The notes under the pieces are model-generated. The model saw only the letters and a program-made list of their open reading frames with translations. It searched no databases and was not told the origin of the DNA. A DNA stretch of 64,000 nucleotides from Fidelibacterota bacterium (GTDB lineage: Bacteria; Fidelibacterota; UBA8477; JABMPR01), in assembly GCA_021734325.1 (NCBI GenBank), contig JAIPJF010000001.1, forward strand, positions 88,232 to 152,231. Reading direction: 5' to 3'. A program made the translations under genes and the position numbers. Of the stretch, positions 36,440-46,904 are shown one piece after another (positions within the stretch are counted from its first letter, which is position 1; each line of letters begins with the position of its first letter).

Positions 36440-38014
36440 ATGAAACGATCTACCGCCGGAATTCTCGCATTTTCAATCATTGCACTGTTTCTCTATGCCT
36501 TTGGAGTTGATTTCTTTGATGCAATTTGGTCTTTTCCCTCACAACGTGCTGTACCCTTTATGGTGCTTGCATTGGTGGGCACAGGTATTTATGTCAGCAT
36601 TTATCTGGGTTTCCCCCAAATCAGACGCTTCTGGCATGGGGTGAAGGTCACTCGGGGCATCTATGATAACCCAAAGGATGTGGGTGATCTGAACCATTTC
36701 AGGGCTTTGACTACAGCTTTGTCAGCCACAGTTGGTATAGGAAACATTGCCGGTGTGGCAATTGCCATCTATTACGGAGGTCCAGGTGCGCTGCTCTGGA
36801 TGTGGATTACGGCTTTTTTTGGAACCACCCTTAAATATGCGGAGAGCACACTCGCAGTAAAATATCGAGAAATGGATAGCTTCGGCAACACTGCCGGCGG
36901 TCCCATGTACACGATCGAAAATGGTCTCGGAGCCAATTGGCGTTGGCTCGCAGTTGCCTTCGCTGCTTTCACAGTGATCTGCTCGATGGCTACTGGGAAC
37001 GCCATTCAATCGTTTACTGTTTCTGATCAGATCTATTCAGAAGTTGCCCAGCTTGTTGGGACAACCCACTGGTTAACACTGAAATATACCCTGTTTGAAG
37101 GTTTCGATGTGTCAATCCAACAAATCTTCAATGGGCTGATGATGGCAACCTTGGTTGGAATGGTCATCATCGGTGGGATCAGGCGAATCGGGAGAGTCAC
37201 TGGTTATCTGGCTCCCATCATGGCTGCTGTATATATCCTCGCGGCAGTTCTCCTCCTCCTGGCAAATTTTAATCAGTTGGGTCATTCATTCAGTCTCATC
37301 TTCAACATGGCCATCAACCCACCGGCTATGGCTGGTGGAATCGGAGGAGGCGTTCTCCTGGTCATGCTTCAGGGTATCAAGCGTGGTCTTTATTCCAATG
37401 AGGCTGGACAGGGTTCTGCAGCCATCGCCCATTCTACTGCAAAAACCAATTATCCTGTTCGTGAAGGGGCTGTTGCTATGTTGGGCCCATTTATCGATAC
37501 GATCCTTATCTGTACATTAACCGGGCTGGCAATTATTTCCACAGGCGCCTGGCAGCATACTGAATTTTTTGTCCGGATCAGTGTTTCCGACCCAGTAATC
37601 GCTGATCAAATTGTTGCTGCCGGGGTTTATAACGGGATGGAATTGTTGAACAGCAGTTTGCTTACTTCTTATGCCTTCAAGGAAGGTTTAAGCTCCTTAA
37701 TTCCCTGGGGTGACAAGATCATCACCCTTTCGATTCTCCTCTTTGCCTTATCGACAGCCATCAGCTGGTCTTTTTATGGGGATCGATCCTCAGAATATCT
37801 GTTTGGACCCAAAGCCATTCTTCCCTATCGCTGGGTCTATGTACTGTTCGTTTTTCTCGGCGGTATCTCTGGTCTGGAAGCAGTGTGGAAGTTTGGTGAT
37901 GCCGCCCTGGGATTTATGACCTTGCCTAACCTGGTCGCTATCATACTCCTTTCCGGCAAATTGAAGAAGATGACGAATGAATATTTTGCTGAAGAGCATG
38001 TGCCTTACAAATAA
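36440..38014 (+). CDS. Sodium:alanine (amino acid) symporter, AGCS family
   Basis: 524 aa. ALTTALSATVGIGNIAGVAIAIYYGGPGALLWMW and GLYSNEAGQGSAAIAH are family signatures. Confidence 0.9.
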   Translation: MKRSTAGILAFSIIALFLYAFGVDFFDAIWSFPSQRAVPFMVLALVGTGIYVSIYLGFPQIRRFWHGVKVTRGIYDNPKDVGDLNHFRALTTALSATVGIGNIAGVAIAIYYGGPGALLWMWITAFFGTTLKYAESTLAVKYREMDSFGNTAGGPMYTIENGLGANWRWLAVAFAAFTVICSMATGNAIQSFTVSDQIYSEVAQLVGTTHWLTLKYTLFEGFDVSIQQIFNGLMMATLVGMVIIGGIRRIGRVTGYLAPIMAAVYILAAVLLLLANFNQLGHSFSLIFNMAINPPAMAGGIGGGVLLVMLQGIKRGLYSNEAGQGSAAIAHSTAKTNYPVREGAVAMLGPFIDTILICTLTGLAIISTGAWQHTEFFVRISVSDPVIADQIVAAGVYNGMELLNSSLLTSYAFKEGLSSLIPWGDKIITLSILLFALSTAISWSFYGDRSSEYLFGPKAILPYRWVYVLFVFLGGISGLEAVWKFGDAALGFMTLPNLVAIILLSGKLKKMTNEYFAEEHVPYK

Positions 38015-38035
38015 TTCAACAATCACACTCTATGA

Positions 38036-38854
38036 ATGAATAGGTCAGACTCGATGAACGAAGCACAGACTAGTTTGCTCAGGGATGCTGGGAGGGTTGC
38101 GAGGGCTGCGGGGCAGCTTATACTCGAATTAAGTTCACGAACCAGGAAAATCTCCTATAAGAGTGCCCGGGACATGGTTACAGAAGTTGATCAGGCATCT
38201 GAAAAATATATTATATCCCAGATCAAGGAGCTTTACCCTGGCCATGGAATCCTGGCTGAAGAAGGCGGTGGTGGTACCAGCATGGATTCAGAATATTGCT
38301 GGATCATTGATCCCCTTGATGGGACCACAAATTTTGTCCACGGATTTCCTGTTTTTGCAGTCTCCATCGGAATTGAGTATCGAGGAGAGCTGTATGTGGG
38401 CGCAGTTTACGACCCCAGTCGGGATGAATTGTTCACAGCTGCTTCGGGTAATGGGGCCACATTGAATGGTCATCCCATTTATGTGAGCAGGACCGAAGAT
38501 CTGGGAAAATCACTGCTTGCAACAGGGTTCTCTTACTTTAATGATGATTATTTCAAGTTGAACATGGAACTCTGGACATCGATCTATGGAAAAACCCAGG
38601 GTTTGAGAAGGGCTGGAGCAGCCGCCCTGGATCTTGCCTGGCTGGCCTGTGGGAGATTGGACGGATTATGGGAATTCAGTCTGAAACCCTGGGACATTGC
38701 CGCAGGAGCACTTCTGGTAACTGAGGCTGGAGGTAACGTTTCAGGCCCTCTGGGAGAAGATATGGAACTTTCCAAGGGTCATATTATTGCTGCAAATCCT
38801 TTTATTCACCCTAAAATTATTGCAGAAATCGAACAATTTAAGCATCGACTATAA
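38036..38854 (+). CDS. suhB: Inositol monophosphatase family protein (SuhB-like)
   Basis: EE...WIIDPLDGTTNFVHG and WDIAAG motifs. Confidence 0.85.
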   Translation: MNRSDSMNEAQTSLLRDAGRVARAAGQLILELSSRTRKISYKSARDMVTEVDQASEKYIISQIKELYPGHGILAEEGGGGTSMDSEYCWIIDPLDGTTNFVHGFPVFAVSIGIEYRGELYVGAVYDPSRDELFTAASGNGATLNGHPIYVSRTEDLGKSLLATGFSYFNDDYFKLNMELWTSIYGKTQGLRRAGAAALDLAWLACGRLDGLWEFSLKPWDIAAGALLVTEAGGNVSGPLGEDMELSKGHIIAANPFIHPKIIAEIEQFKHRL

Positions 38855-38994
38855 TTTGTTGGCAGACGGACATTTTCTGGTCTGTGTGCAACAATAGTTA
38901 AACCTTTCAGGTCTTATGAATAGGATGCCGCACTATCCTTCAATCGTTTGAGTGAATTGAATTGAGAAAAATAGCTGACCGATTAGGAGCCCAT

Positions 38995-41979
38995 ATGCGA
39001 AAAAAGTTGGTATCTCTAATGTTGATTATTCCGATCATACTTCACGCTGGATATTGGCAGCAGAAAGTCCTCTATGATATCGATGTTACCCTGATCGATT
39101 CGGTGCATCAGATTCGTGGTCACGAGTCCATCACCTATATAAATAACTCCCCGAACGCCCTGAATTTTATCTGGATGCATCTCTGGCCAAACGCCTATAA
39201 AAACGATCAGACTGCGCTGGCAAAACAAAAATTCGACCAGTTTTCGACTAAAATATACTTCCTTCCCGATTCTTCCTTTGGTTGGATTGATATCACCAAC
39301 GTTTTGGCAGATAGCGATACCCTTCGCTGGGAATACAGATCAGCGGATACAATTGATGTTGCAAAGTTCATCTTCAATTCGCCACTGAAGTCCGGTGATT
39401 CTACAGTAATCGATCTGGACTTTACGGTACGTATCCCGAATGTTATATCACGCCTCGGTCACTTTGGGCATCATTATGAATTGACCCAATGGTATCCAAA
39501 ACCGGCTGTATATGACGTGGATGGATGGCATCCCATGTCATACCTTGACATGGGAGAATTCTATAGTGAATGGGCGGATTATGATGTTTCCATCACCTTG
39601 CCAAAGAATTACCGAGTCGCTGCAACGGGTATCCTCCAGGATTCACTTGAAATCGCCTGGCGCGATTCTCTGGCCCGAGTGGGTAATTCATTTTTGGATT
39701 CCATGCTTATGGACCCCCAGGTTGAAATTGCTAGCCTGGATAAGCTCGTCAATGAAAAACCAGCTTCTTCGCCACAATTTAAAACCATTCGCTTTTATCA
39801 GGATAAGGTTCACGACTTTGCATGGTTTGCTGATAAACGTTTCATTGTTACAGCTGATAGCGTAAAGCTCCCCTCTGGCAGACAGGTTCAGGCCTGGACC
39901 TTCGCATCGCCCGAGAACCTGAAATTATACCAATATTCGAACAAATACGTAATACAAACACTCACCTATCTTTCAGATTGGTTCATGGAATATCCTTATG
40001 CACACGCCACCGTTGTCGATGGTGACTTTTCTGCCGGTGGTGGGATGGAATATCCCATGATCACGCTTATAAATAGCGTCGGACTTGCACCCCTTCTTGA
40101 GATGTCAATTATGCATGAGGTTGGTCATAACTGGTTTTATGGATTATCGGCAAACAACGAGCGTGAAAATCCCTGGATGGATGAGGGGTTTAACACCTAT
40201 GCTGAAAACCGCTACTGGCGCATGAAATATCCTGATGATGATATGCTGTCCCATCATGGCGGTAAACCCGGATATTTTCGTTTACTGGATTCTTTTATTA
40301 AGGATCCTCAAAAGAGAGCCATTCATGATCTCGCCATTTACCTTAGTACTGGGTTGAGGATGGATCAGGCTTCCAATTTACCAAGTGAATCCTTTACCCC
40401 CTTCAATTATGGAATGATGACCTATTATAAGACTGCCAAGTCCACGGAATCGCTCCATGCCTTTCTGGGAGATGCCATGATGGACTCCATTTGGCATGAG
40501 TACTTTAGACGCTGGGCATACAAACATCCTCGGCCCGAAGATGTCCGGCAAGTATTCGAGGAGCTAAGCGGAGAGGATCTTTCCTGGTATTTTGACAATA
40601 TGCTCGGGAGTACAAATCGGATTGATTATGCGCTAACTCAATTTAATTCGCTGCCCAAAGGTAATGCTTTTGAAACAAACATAGAGGTAAATAATCTGGG
40701 TGATTATTCACCTCCCCTGCCGATTGGTCTATTGGGAACAGACAAAAAACAAGTGTCCTGGGTCAGACCGATGAAAAAGCATGATACCTTCAAAATAAAA
40801 ACCAACTTCCCTGTGAATAATGTCATTCTGGATCCAAATACCGAATTGCTGGATATGAGCAGAGCCAATAATGATAAGAATCTGAACCTGGATATTGATC
40901 TCGCAAAATTCGCTATTAATCCCAAAGCTGATTATGTCGTGACAGCCATCCCCTATTTATGGTACAACAAGGTAGACAAAATTTATCCCAGCCTTATTTT
41001 GACCCATAAAAACATCATCCCATGGGGCTTGACAGACTGGTACCTAAGAGGATTTTATGGACCGATCTCTAAGAAGTCTGGATTGGTTGCAGCTGTGGAA
41101 AAAAATATCATCCCAGACGCTGGTAAAGAGATTCAGCTTCACTCCAGATTTGTTGAGAGTTGGTCCTACAGATTGGTGGAAATAAGTACTGCACTCAGAA
41201 AACGGGACCCCATCCTTTTTGAGGATGAACAAAAATGGAAATTTACACTTCTCATGCAGGATATTTTCGATGGAGCGTTAATTCTTAAGGGTGATACGAT
41301 TCATTATCTGGATCAGCAAGTTTGGCAGAATGGTCAATACTTGAAATTTTATATCAATTTCTTTGCTGCCAAGCGGCGAGCCCTCTGGTCAAAAAAGTTT
41401 GAGCTTAACACGACCCTTGGGGCTCAACATAAAGACCAGCCCTTTGTAACTGTGCAATCCTACCTGAATTATCGCCATCGCTATTCATCGAAAGGATCCA
41501 TCCGCACAACGATATTTGCCGCATTCGGCTTTGGTGAGCTTCCTCCCCAGGAACGATTTTATATCTCTACAGAGGTGAACACAGCATTTGATCATAAATT
41601 CATTCTGTCTAGAGACGAGAGTTGGTATGCACCTGGGCATCTCATCCTCTATCCTGGTGAATATAATATTCCTGGCTATTTATTTACAGCAAACAAGGGA
41701 ACTATCCCAAGCACCAAAGGTCTTCTGGGAATCAAGGTGAGAGCAGATATCCCCAAGATGGAGAAATTCAATATCCTGACTGGTCTCGGCTTGGCCCTGG
41801 ATGCTGGCGATGAAAAATTCGAACCCATTGGAAGTGTATCATCTGTGTTAAAATTGGGCCCAATTCAATTCATCTATACACCTGTTCGGATTGAATCAAG
41901 TAGAATCCAGACTGATTGGAAACGATTTCAAATTGCTTTCGATATGACAACAGCGGGAAGTATCCGCATAGGTATTTAG
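38995..41979 (+). CDS. M1-family (gluzincin) metallopeptidase with a ~450-aa C-terminal extension of unknown function
   Basis: Start chosen at MRKKLVSLMLIIPIIL (RBS TAGGAG). Contains HEVGHNWFYG...NPWMDEGF (HExxH+E). The C-terminal half has no motif I recognise. Confidence 0.75.
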   Translation: MRKKLVSLMLIIPIILHAGYWQQKVLYDIDVTLIDSVHQIRGHESITYINNSPNALNFIWMHLWPNAYKNDQTALAKQKFDQFSTKIYFLPDSSFGWIDITNVLADSDTLRWEYRSADTIDVAKFIFNSPLKSGDSTVIDLDFTVRIPNVISRLGHFGHHYELTQWYPKPAVYDVDGWHPMSYLDMGEFYSEWADYDVSITLPKNYRVAATGILQDSLEIAWRDSLARVGNSFLDSMLMDPQVEIASLDKLVNEKPASSPQFKTIRFYQDKVHDFAWFADKRFIVTADSVKLPSGRQVQAWTFASPENLKLYQYSNKYVIQTLTYLSDWFMEYPYAHATVVDGDFSAGGGMEYPMITLINSVGLAPLLEMSIMHEVGHNWFYGLSANNERENPWMDEGFNTYAENRYWRMKYPDDDMLSHHGGKPGYFRLLDSFIKDPQKRAIHDLAIYLSTGLRMDQASNLPSESFTPFNYGMMTYYKTAKSTESLHAFLGDAMMDSIWHEYFRRWAYKHPRPEDVRQVFEELSGEDLSWYFDNMLGSTNRIDYALTQFNSLPKGNAFETNIEVNNLGDYSPPLPIGLLGTDKKQVSWVRPMKKHDTFKIKTNFPVNNVILDPNTELLDMSRANNDKNLNLDIDLAKFAINPKADYVVTAIPYLWYNKVDKIYPSLILTHKNIIPWGLTDWYLRGFYGPISKKSGLVAAVEKNIIPDAGKEIQLHSRFVESWSYRLVEISTALRKRDPILFEDEQKWKFTLLMQDIFDGALILKGDTIHYLDQQVWQNGQYLKFYINFFAAKRRALWSKKFELNTTLGAQHKDQPFVTVQSYLNYRHRYSSKGSIRTTIFAAFGFGELPPQERFYISTEVNTAFDHKFILSRDESWYAPGHLILYPGEYNIPGYLFTANKGTIPSTKGLLGIKVRADIPKMEKFNILTGLGLALDAGDEKFEPIGSVSSVLKLGPIQFIYTPVRIESSRIQTDWKRFQIAFDMTTAGSIRIGI

Positions 41980-41992
41980 GAAATCTGAGAGC

Positions 41993-42283
41993 ATGATTGT
42001 CACTGGATTGTTAGTGGTGGAACTGCATCTCCCTGCAGCCAATAGCTTAAAAAGCAAGCGACAGGTTGTAAAAAGTCTGAAGGATCGGCTGGGGAACCGA
42101 TACAATATTTCCGTCGCTGAAGTTGATCACCTGGATAAATGGCAGAGAGCGACCCTGGCGATTGCAATCGTATCTTCTGACCAAAAGGTACTGGAAGCTC
42201 AAATCGAAACTATCAAATCCTTTATTGAACAGGAAATTATTGGTTCGGGCTATATTACAGCAAGCGAATTCACCCTGCTTTAA
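41993..42283 (+). CDS. DUF503 (YlxP-like) protein
   Basis: 96 aa. LHLPAANSLKSKRQVVKSLKDRL...NISVAEVD pattern. Confidence 0.7.
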   Translation: MIVTGLLVVELHLPAANSLKSKRQVVKSLKDRLGNRYNISVAEVDHLDKWQRATLAIAIVSSDQKVLEAQIETIKSFIEQEIIGSGYITASEFTLL

Positions 42284-42321
42284 TCAAATTGGAACAATCA
42301 TTTTTCATCCAGGATGGATTT

Positions 42322-42873
42322 CTATTTGCTGCGAGGATTTTTCCAGTACACTTCATGATTCCCTTCCACATGATTCTCGAACCTGGCCATAACAAAAAGA
42401 CAGTCAGACAATCGATTCATATATCCGAGAATTTCAGCTGAAAGCGTGTGAGTTCTATTTAGTGAAATGATGCTTCTTTCAGCACGGCGGCAGATGGTGC
42501 GTGCGAGATGTAAATTAGCCGCAATCAGAGTACCGCCTGGTAGTATGAACTCCTCAAGCGGTGAAAGCTCAGCGTTCATCCTGTCCATCTGCTGTTCGAG
42601 ATCCTTTACCATTGCCCTGGTGATCATTTCCGGTATTGTACCTGCCGACGAAATCTGCCCTCCCAGATCGAAAAGGTGATGCTGGATAGCCAATAATGCA
42701 TCTGCAACAATTTCACTGGGTTTCTGGGCCAGGACCACCCCAATCATACTGTTGAGTTCATCAATTTCACCTGATACATGAATAATATCGGAGTCTTTGG
42801 AAACCTCGGTTCCGTCAGCTAATCTGGTTTTTCCCTTGTCACCCGTACGAGTATAGATTTTTGTCAATCTCAT
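42322..42873 (-). CDS. PduO-type ATP:cob(I)alamin adenosyltransferase
   Basis: MRLTKIYTRTGDKGKTRL...GEIDELNS...ICRRAER is the family signature. Confidence 0.9.
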   Translation of the reverse strand: MRLTKIYTRTGDKGKTRLADGTEVSKDSDIIHVSGEIDELNSMIGVVLAQKPSEIVADALLAIQHHLFDLGGQISSAGTIPEMITRAMVKDLEQQMDRMNAELSPLEEFILPGGTLIAANLHLARTICRRAERSIISLNRTHTLSAEILGYMNRLSDCLFVMARFENHVEGNHEVYWKNPRSK

Positions 42874-42892
42874 AGCAGACCTTACTTTCCGT

Positions 42893-44137
42893 TTATATTA
42901 TAGACACATCAATGATCTTAAGGATGATTTCCAACAGTGTGACTGCAGCCCAGAGCAATGTGAACACCACGGTGGACCAGATCGATAGTGAGGGTCTCAG
43001 AATCCGGTGTTTCCGATTGGTTTTTGCTATAGCTGTCTGCATGAGCCGAAGAACCCATATCAATCCAACTACGACGAGTGCTCCTAGAAGACTAACTTCT
43101 AGAAAGTTATCCATTCCCCATAAGTGCACTGTAAAGTACAGAACAAACATGAATGCCAATGATAGGAATACGACTGTAAATCTGGCTCTTTCATGGAATA
43201 TTCCCTGCAATCCTTGTGCATTGATGGATTCACCTTCTCGAGATTCAATCATCACAAACATGCCCATGAGGGCAACAAAAAGTAAATATCTCTGCAGGCC
43301 AAATAACTCACTTGACGAGCTAAATATATTCCCCATACCCGATCCCATAACGAGAGTCTCCTGCACGAGAAAGTAGTATAAATATTTTTTTGTTAAACTT
43401 GCGGATCGGAATGATTGAAGCAACAGGATAACAAGCATCAGAATCACTGAAAATGAGAAGGCTGGATTTTGAAAGGAAGCAGTCGCATCTAATGAATATC
43501 GATCCAGCATCATGAAGTGAGAAAACCACATGACCAAGGTTCCATAAAGGGCTACAATGGGTGCTGGGAGATCATGATTAAACCATCTTTTTTCCAGGTG
43601 AATGATAAGCAGAAGGAGAAATAAGAGATCCGGAAGGATATCAATTTTCTCATTTATCAGACCAATGCAGCTGGTTAGAATCCAGACTCCCAGGATTGTT
43701 TTCTCGGCGCGCGAAGCTGTGTATGATCTGCTTGCGATGATTTTCTCAATTTCGAATAGACCAACCGCTGCACTCCCCCCTATCAACATCCTTACAAAGC
43801 TTGATTCCTTTATTAGTGGATGGACCAGCACTGCAAGCATAATGGCCGAGATCCAGAGAAGCACGGCATACATGCGGGCTGAATTTTTTGCTGTCCCGGA
43901 GTAATAAGCGCTAAAATGAAGCGCAATAAGTATCATTCCGAGACTCAATAAAATGCCTGGTGCAATTCCAGAAATGTTTAGTTGGGGAAATATTCCAATA
44001 ATAAGCAGAATGATCCCAGCAAAGGCGAATTCATGCTGTCTACTGGCAGAGACCCGTTTCCCAAATAGAATCATGAGATAACCAGCCACAAAGAGGTAGC
44101 TGACCAGATAGACAGCACTCAAATCAAGATAGCCCAC
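42893..44137 (-). CDS. Polytopic integral membrane protein of unknown function (414 aa, about 11-12 TM)
   Basis: Hydrophobic throughout, with no recognised motif. It is co-directional with its neighbours, with gaps of about 20 nt. Confidence 0.6.
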   Translation of the reverse strand: MGYLDLSAVYLVSYLFVAGYLMILFGKRVSASRQHEFAFAGIILLIIGIFPQLNISGIAPGILLSLGMILIALHFSAYYSGTAKNSARMYAVLLWISAIMLAVLVHPLIKESSFVRMLIGGSAAVGLFEIEKIIASRSYTASRAEKTILGVWILTSCIGLINEKIDILPDLLFLLLLIIHLEKRWFNHDLPAPIVALYGTLVMWFSHFMMLDRYSLDATASFQNPAFSFSVILMLVILLLQSFRSASLTKKYLYYFLVQETLVMGSGMGNIFSSSSELFGLQRYLLFVALMGMFVMIESREGESINAQGLQGIFHERARFTVVFLSLAFMFVLYFTVHLWGMDNFLEVSLLGALVVVGLIWVLRLMQTAIAKTNRKHRILRPSLSIWSTVVFTLLWAAVTLLEIILKIIDVSII

Positions 44138-44158
44138 AACAGGTCCTGGGTTTCAATT

Positions 44159-44551
44159 TTACAAGTAAAAGGGATCGTCTATCATTTCCATGGAAACATT
44201 GAAGGTATCATCATCAAATGACAGTTTCACGTAGTGTCTTCTTTTTTTGTCAAAGATATCTGCCCCCTTCTCTGATCCATAAAGGATGATATGACCCTTA
44301 AAATTGCCATATTCCTTTTTAAGCTCCTTGTGATGGGGAAAGATCAGGTTGGTGTAGCTCGCTCCTTCACGGATATGGATATCGGCACTCGAACCACTAA
44401 AATCAGTAAGCAGGTCAGGTCTTGAGACCAGGGACATATCTTTTCCAACCCATACACTCAAAAGTTCAATATGGAAAGGCAGGAAGATTGAATTCTTGAT
44501 CAGGAATCCCGACTCTTTTGCTTCAATGGCCTGACGAATTGTTTTGATCAT
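44159..44551 (-). CDS. Hypothetical cytoplasmic protein (130 aa)
   Basis: The ORF is flanked at close spacing by same-strand genes. No recognised motif. Confidence 0.5.
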   Translation of the reverse strand: MIKTIRQAIEAKESGFLIKNSIFLPFHIELLSVWVGKDMSLVSRPDLLTDFSGSSADIHIREGASYTNLIFPHHKELKKEYGNFKGHIILYGSEKGADIFDKKRRHYVKLSFDDDTFNVSMEMIDDPFYL

Positions 44552-44562
44552 ACTGTTCTCCT

Positions 44563-46056
44563 TTAAAGATTAAAAAACACCCACCATACTACAAAGAATA
44601 TAGGCAAGAGGATTGGAATTGAATACTTAAACACATATCCCAGAAAACTGGGGACTTCTACTCCCGCCTGTTCGGCAATGTTCTTCACCATGAAGTTAGG
44701 TGCATTGCCAATATAGGTCAGCGCGCCAAAGAAAACGGCAGCTATTGAAATGGCCATGAGATAAATAATAGAATTGACATCTCCTGGGACAGGAGAAGGT
44801 GTTCCACCGGCAAAATGCTGGACATCAGCTCCAGAACCAATGTCCAAACCGAACTTGCCCATGGAGCCAGCAAGAAAGTTCAGATAGGTCGGCGCATTGT
44901 CCAGTACGCCTGACAGAGACCCAGTAAACCAATAAAATTTTGAAACTGTAAATTCTGTTGCATGCTCTTTTGCATAGGCACCAATAAGCTGCAGTGCCGG
45001 GATCATAGTGGCAAATATGCCCACAAATAGATAGGCAACCTCTTTGATCGGCTCAAAATTGAATTCGTTTCCCCTTAAGGCTTCCTTATCCCCATTGCGA
45101 TAGGCAAGATATGCCACGGTGAACATGATGACCTCACGGATACCAAAGGGAACATGAAATATGTTTTGCAAACTTGGGAATCCATCGATGACCGCAGGAT
45201 CCAGAAAGACTGACAAAATAATGACTCCCAGGTAGATAAAGTTTTTACCACCTTTGATTTCAACTGCCTTTCCACTACTGATGTTGGGGGCTGGTGAAGG
45301 GACTCTTATATCCATGGCGACAAATACTGCAATCACGGCCAGAACAGTCACCAGCCAGATATCCCACACATGCCTAATCACCCAGAAAAAGGGTATGCCC
45401 TTTAAAAAGCCAAGAAACAGAGGTGGATCACCAATTGGGGTCAGTCCACCACCGATATTACTCACAATGAAAATGAAGAAAATGATATGGAAGGGTTTGA
45501 TTCGTTCTTCATTTAAGCGCATAAAGGGACGAATAAGCAGCATGGAGGCACCTGTTGTTCCAATGAAATTGGACAAGATGGCGCCACTAAAAAGGATACC
45601 GGCATTGACCAGGGGTCTGCCTACAGTATGGAACTTGATTAGGATGCCGCCAGATGCCACAAACAGAGCGGTAAGCAAGGCAATAAAGGATATGTACTCT
45701 TCTAATGTGTGGAGAAGACTAAGAGTTCCATGGTCCATCATCAAGCCATAGTAAACAGCTACGATCATTCCCAAAATGATAGCAACCTTGGGATACTGGT
45801 GCTCCCAGAAATGGGAATAAAGCAAGGGACCGGTTGCGATCATGGTTAGTAAAAGGATAAACGGGATTACCAGCCACAGTGGAGGTAGACTTACATGATG
45901 TTCAACATCAGCTGCTACATGATTAACCTGCGCATGTGTCGTGGCAAGTTCAACACTGTCACTCGGTTCCCCAGTCTTTGCCTGCTCTGCGAGGAGAGAG
46001 CCGAACATAAGCATGGTTATTATCACAAATTTGCCGATATTAAATAAACGCATCAA
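44563..46056 (-). CDS. Ion-transporter-superfamily permease (ArsB/NhaD/CitMHS-like; putative Na+/H+ antiporter or anion transporter)
   Basis: 497 aa. N-terminal signal-like segment, then about 12 TM with Pro/Gly-rich reentrant-like segments (SNIGGGLTPIGDPPLFLGF, VLDNAPTYLNF). Confidence 0.6.
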   Translation of the reverse strand: MMRLFNIGKFVIITMLMFGSLLAEQAKTGEPSDSVELATTHAQVNHVAADVEHHVSLPPLWLVIPFILLLTMIATGPLLYSHFWEHQYPKVAIILGMIVAVYYGLMMDHGTLSLLHTLEEYISFIALLTALFVASGGILIKFHTVGRPLVNAGILFSGAILSNFIGTTGASMLLIRPFMRLNEERIKPFHIIFFIFIVSNIGGGLTPIGDPPLFLGFLKGIPFFWVIRHVWDIWLVTVLAVIAVFVAMDIRVPSPAPNISSGKAVEIKGGKNFIYLGVIILSVFLDPAVIDGFPSLQNIFHVPFGIREVIMFTVAYLAYRNGDKEALRGNEFNFEPIKEVAYLFVGIFATMIPALQLIGAYAKEHATEFTVSKFYWFTGSLSGVLDNAPTYLNFLAGSMGKFGLDIGSGADVQHFAGGTPSPVPGDVNSIIYLMAISIAAVFFGALTYIGNAPNFMVKNIAEQAGVEVPSFLGYVFKYSIPILLPIFFVVWWVFFNL

Positions 46057-46058
46057 TA

Positions 46059-46643
46059 TTATCCTTTTCCTTGAAATCTGTTTTTTCTTAAATAATTGTA
46101 AATCGACTCAGATTCACTTGCTAAAAACAATTCATCCATGTTTTCCCAAAACGAGTCCAGGTTAACGGAATATTTCTTTTCGTACAAATAAGCCTGCACC
46201 AGCATATCTAATTTGTCTATCCGTTTAACAAGCCGGGCCTCTTGTGTCTCTCCAGATTCAAATTCGTTCCATAACTCACAAAGATATTCCTTTTCCTGGA
46301 TCTGGTTCGTTATGTTTTCAAAGGCGCTGGATTCCTCTGCATGTTTGTCAGCTGAAGAAATTCCATCAACTGGTGTATAGTCTCCCGTAATTGCTTCGGC
46401 AAGATCATGGACAAGGGCCATATTTATCGCTCGCTCAACATCAATACCTGCAGCATGTAATCTACTTCTCAAGAAAAGGATTAATATCGACATCCCATAA
46501 CTATGGGAAGCTATGGATTCAACATTTCCAGGCTGAATACCTGACTGAATCCATCCACTTCGAGGAATGGTTTTAAGATCATATACTATTTCCAAACTTG
46601 AAATCAAATGCTGGGTTTTTTCGTTAAGCGCTGCTTTATTCAT
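46059..46643 (-). CDS. HD-domain phosphohydrolase (YfbR-like 5'-deoxynucleotidase family)
   Basis: Contains RSGW...ESIASHSYGM...ALVHDLAEAITGDYTP (H...HD...D). Confidence 0.75.
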   Translation of the reverse strand: MNKAALNEKTQHLISSLEIVYDLKTIPRSGWIQSGIQPGNVESIASHSYGMSILILFLRSRLHAAGIDVERAINMALVHDLAEAITGDYTPVDGISSADKHAEESSAFENITNQIQEKEYLCELWNEFESGETQEARLVKRIDKLDMLVQAYLYEKKYSVNLDSFWENMDELFLASESESIYNYLRKNRFQGKG

Positions 46644-46904
46644 GAACGAACAAGATAGATAAAAGGGCTATAATTGCTAAACCGAATTCTCTCTTAATTT
46701 GCTTTATTTGGGAGATCAGGTTAGCATTATTCAAAGTATTAATGAATATTTATGCATTATCAATATCCTGCATCTAACTGGTATTCAGATTGTTATAGAT
46801 ATTATATAATGTATTTTGTTAATGTTGATAACTTCGTATCAACAAAATGAAAATCTTCTGATTGATAGGAGCGATTGTGCGCTGAATGACAAGCTGGTTT
46901 CTAC

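Noticed and set aside
46828-46839. ATAACTTCGTAT, a 12/13 match to a loxP arm, within the hairpin TGTTGATA-ACTTCG-TATCAACA (46823-46844)
   Set aside because: There is only a single arm, with no inverted partner at 8-bp spacing and no recombinase gene nearby. It sits in an AT-rich intergenic region, so chance is the simplest explanation.
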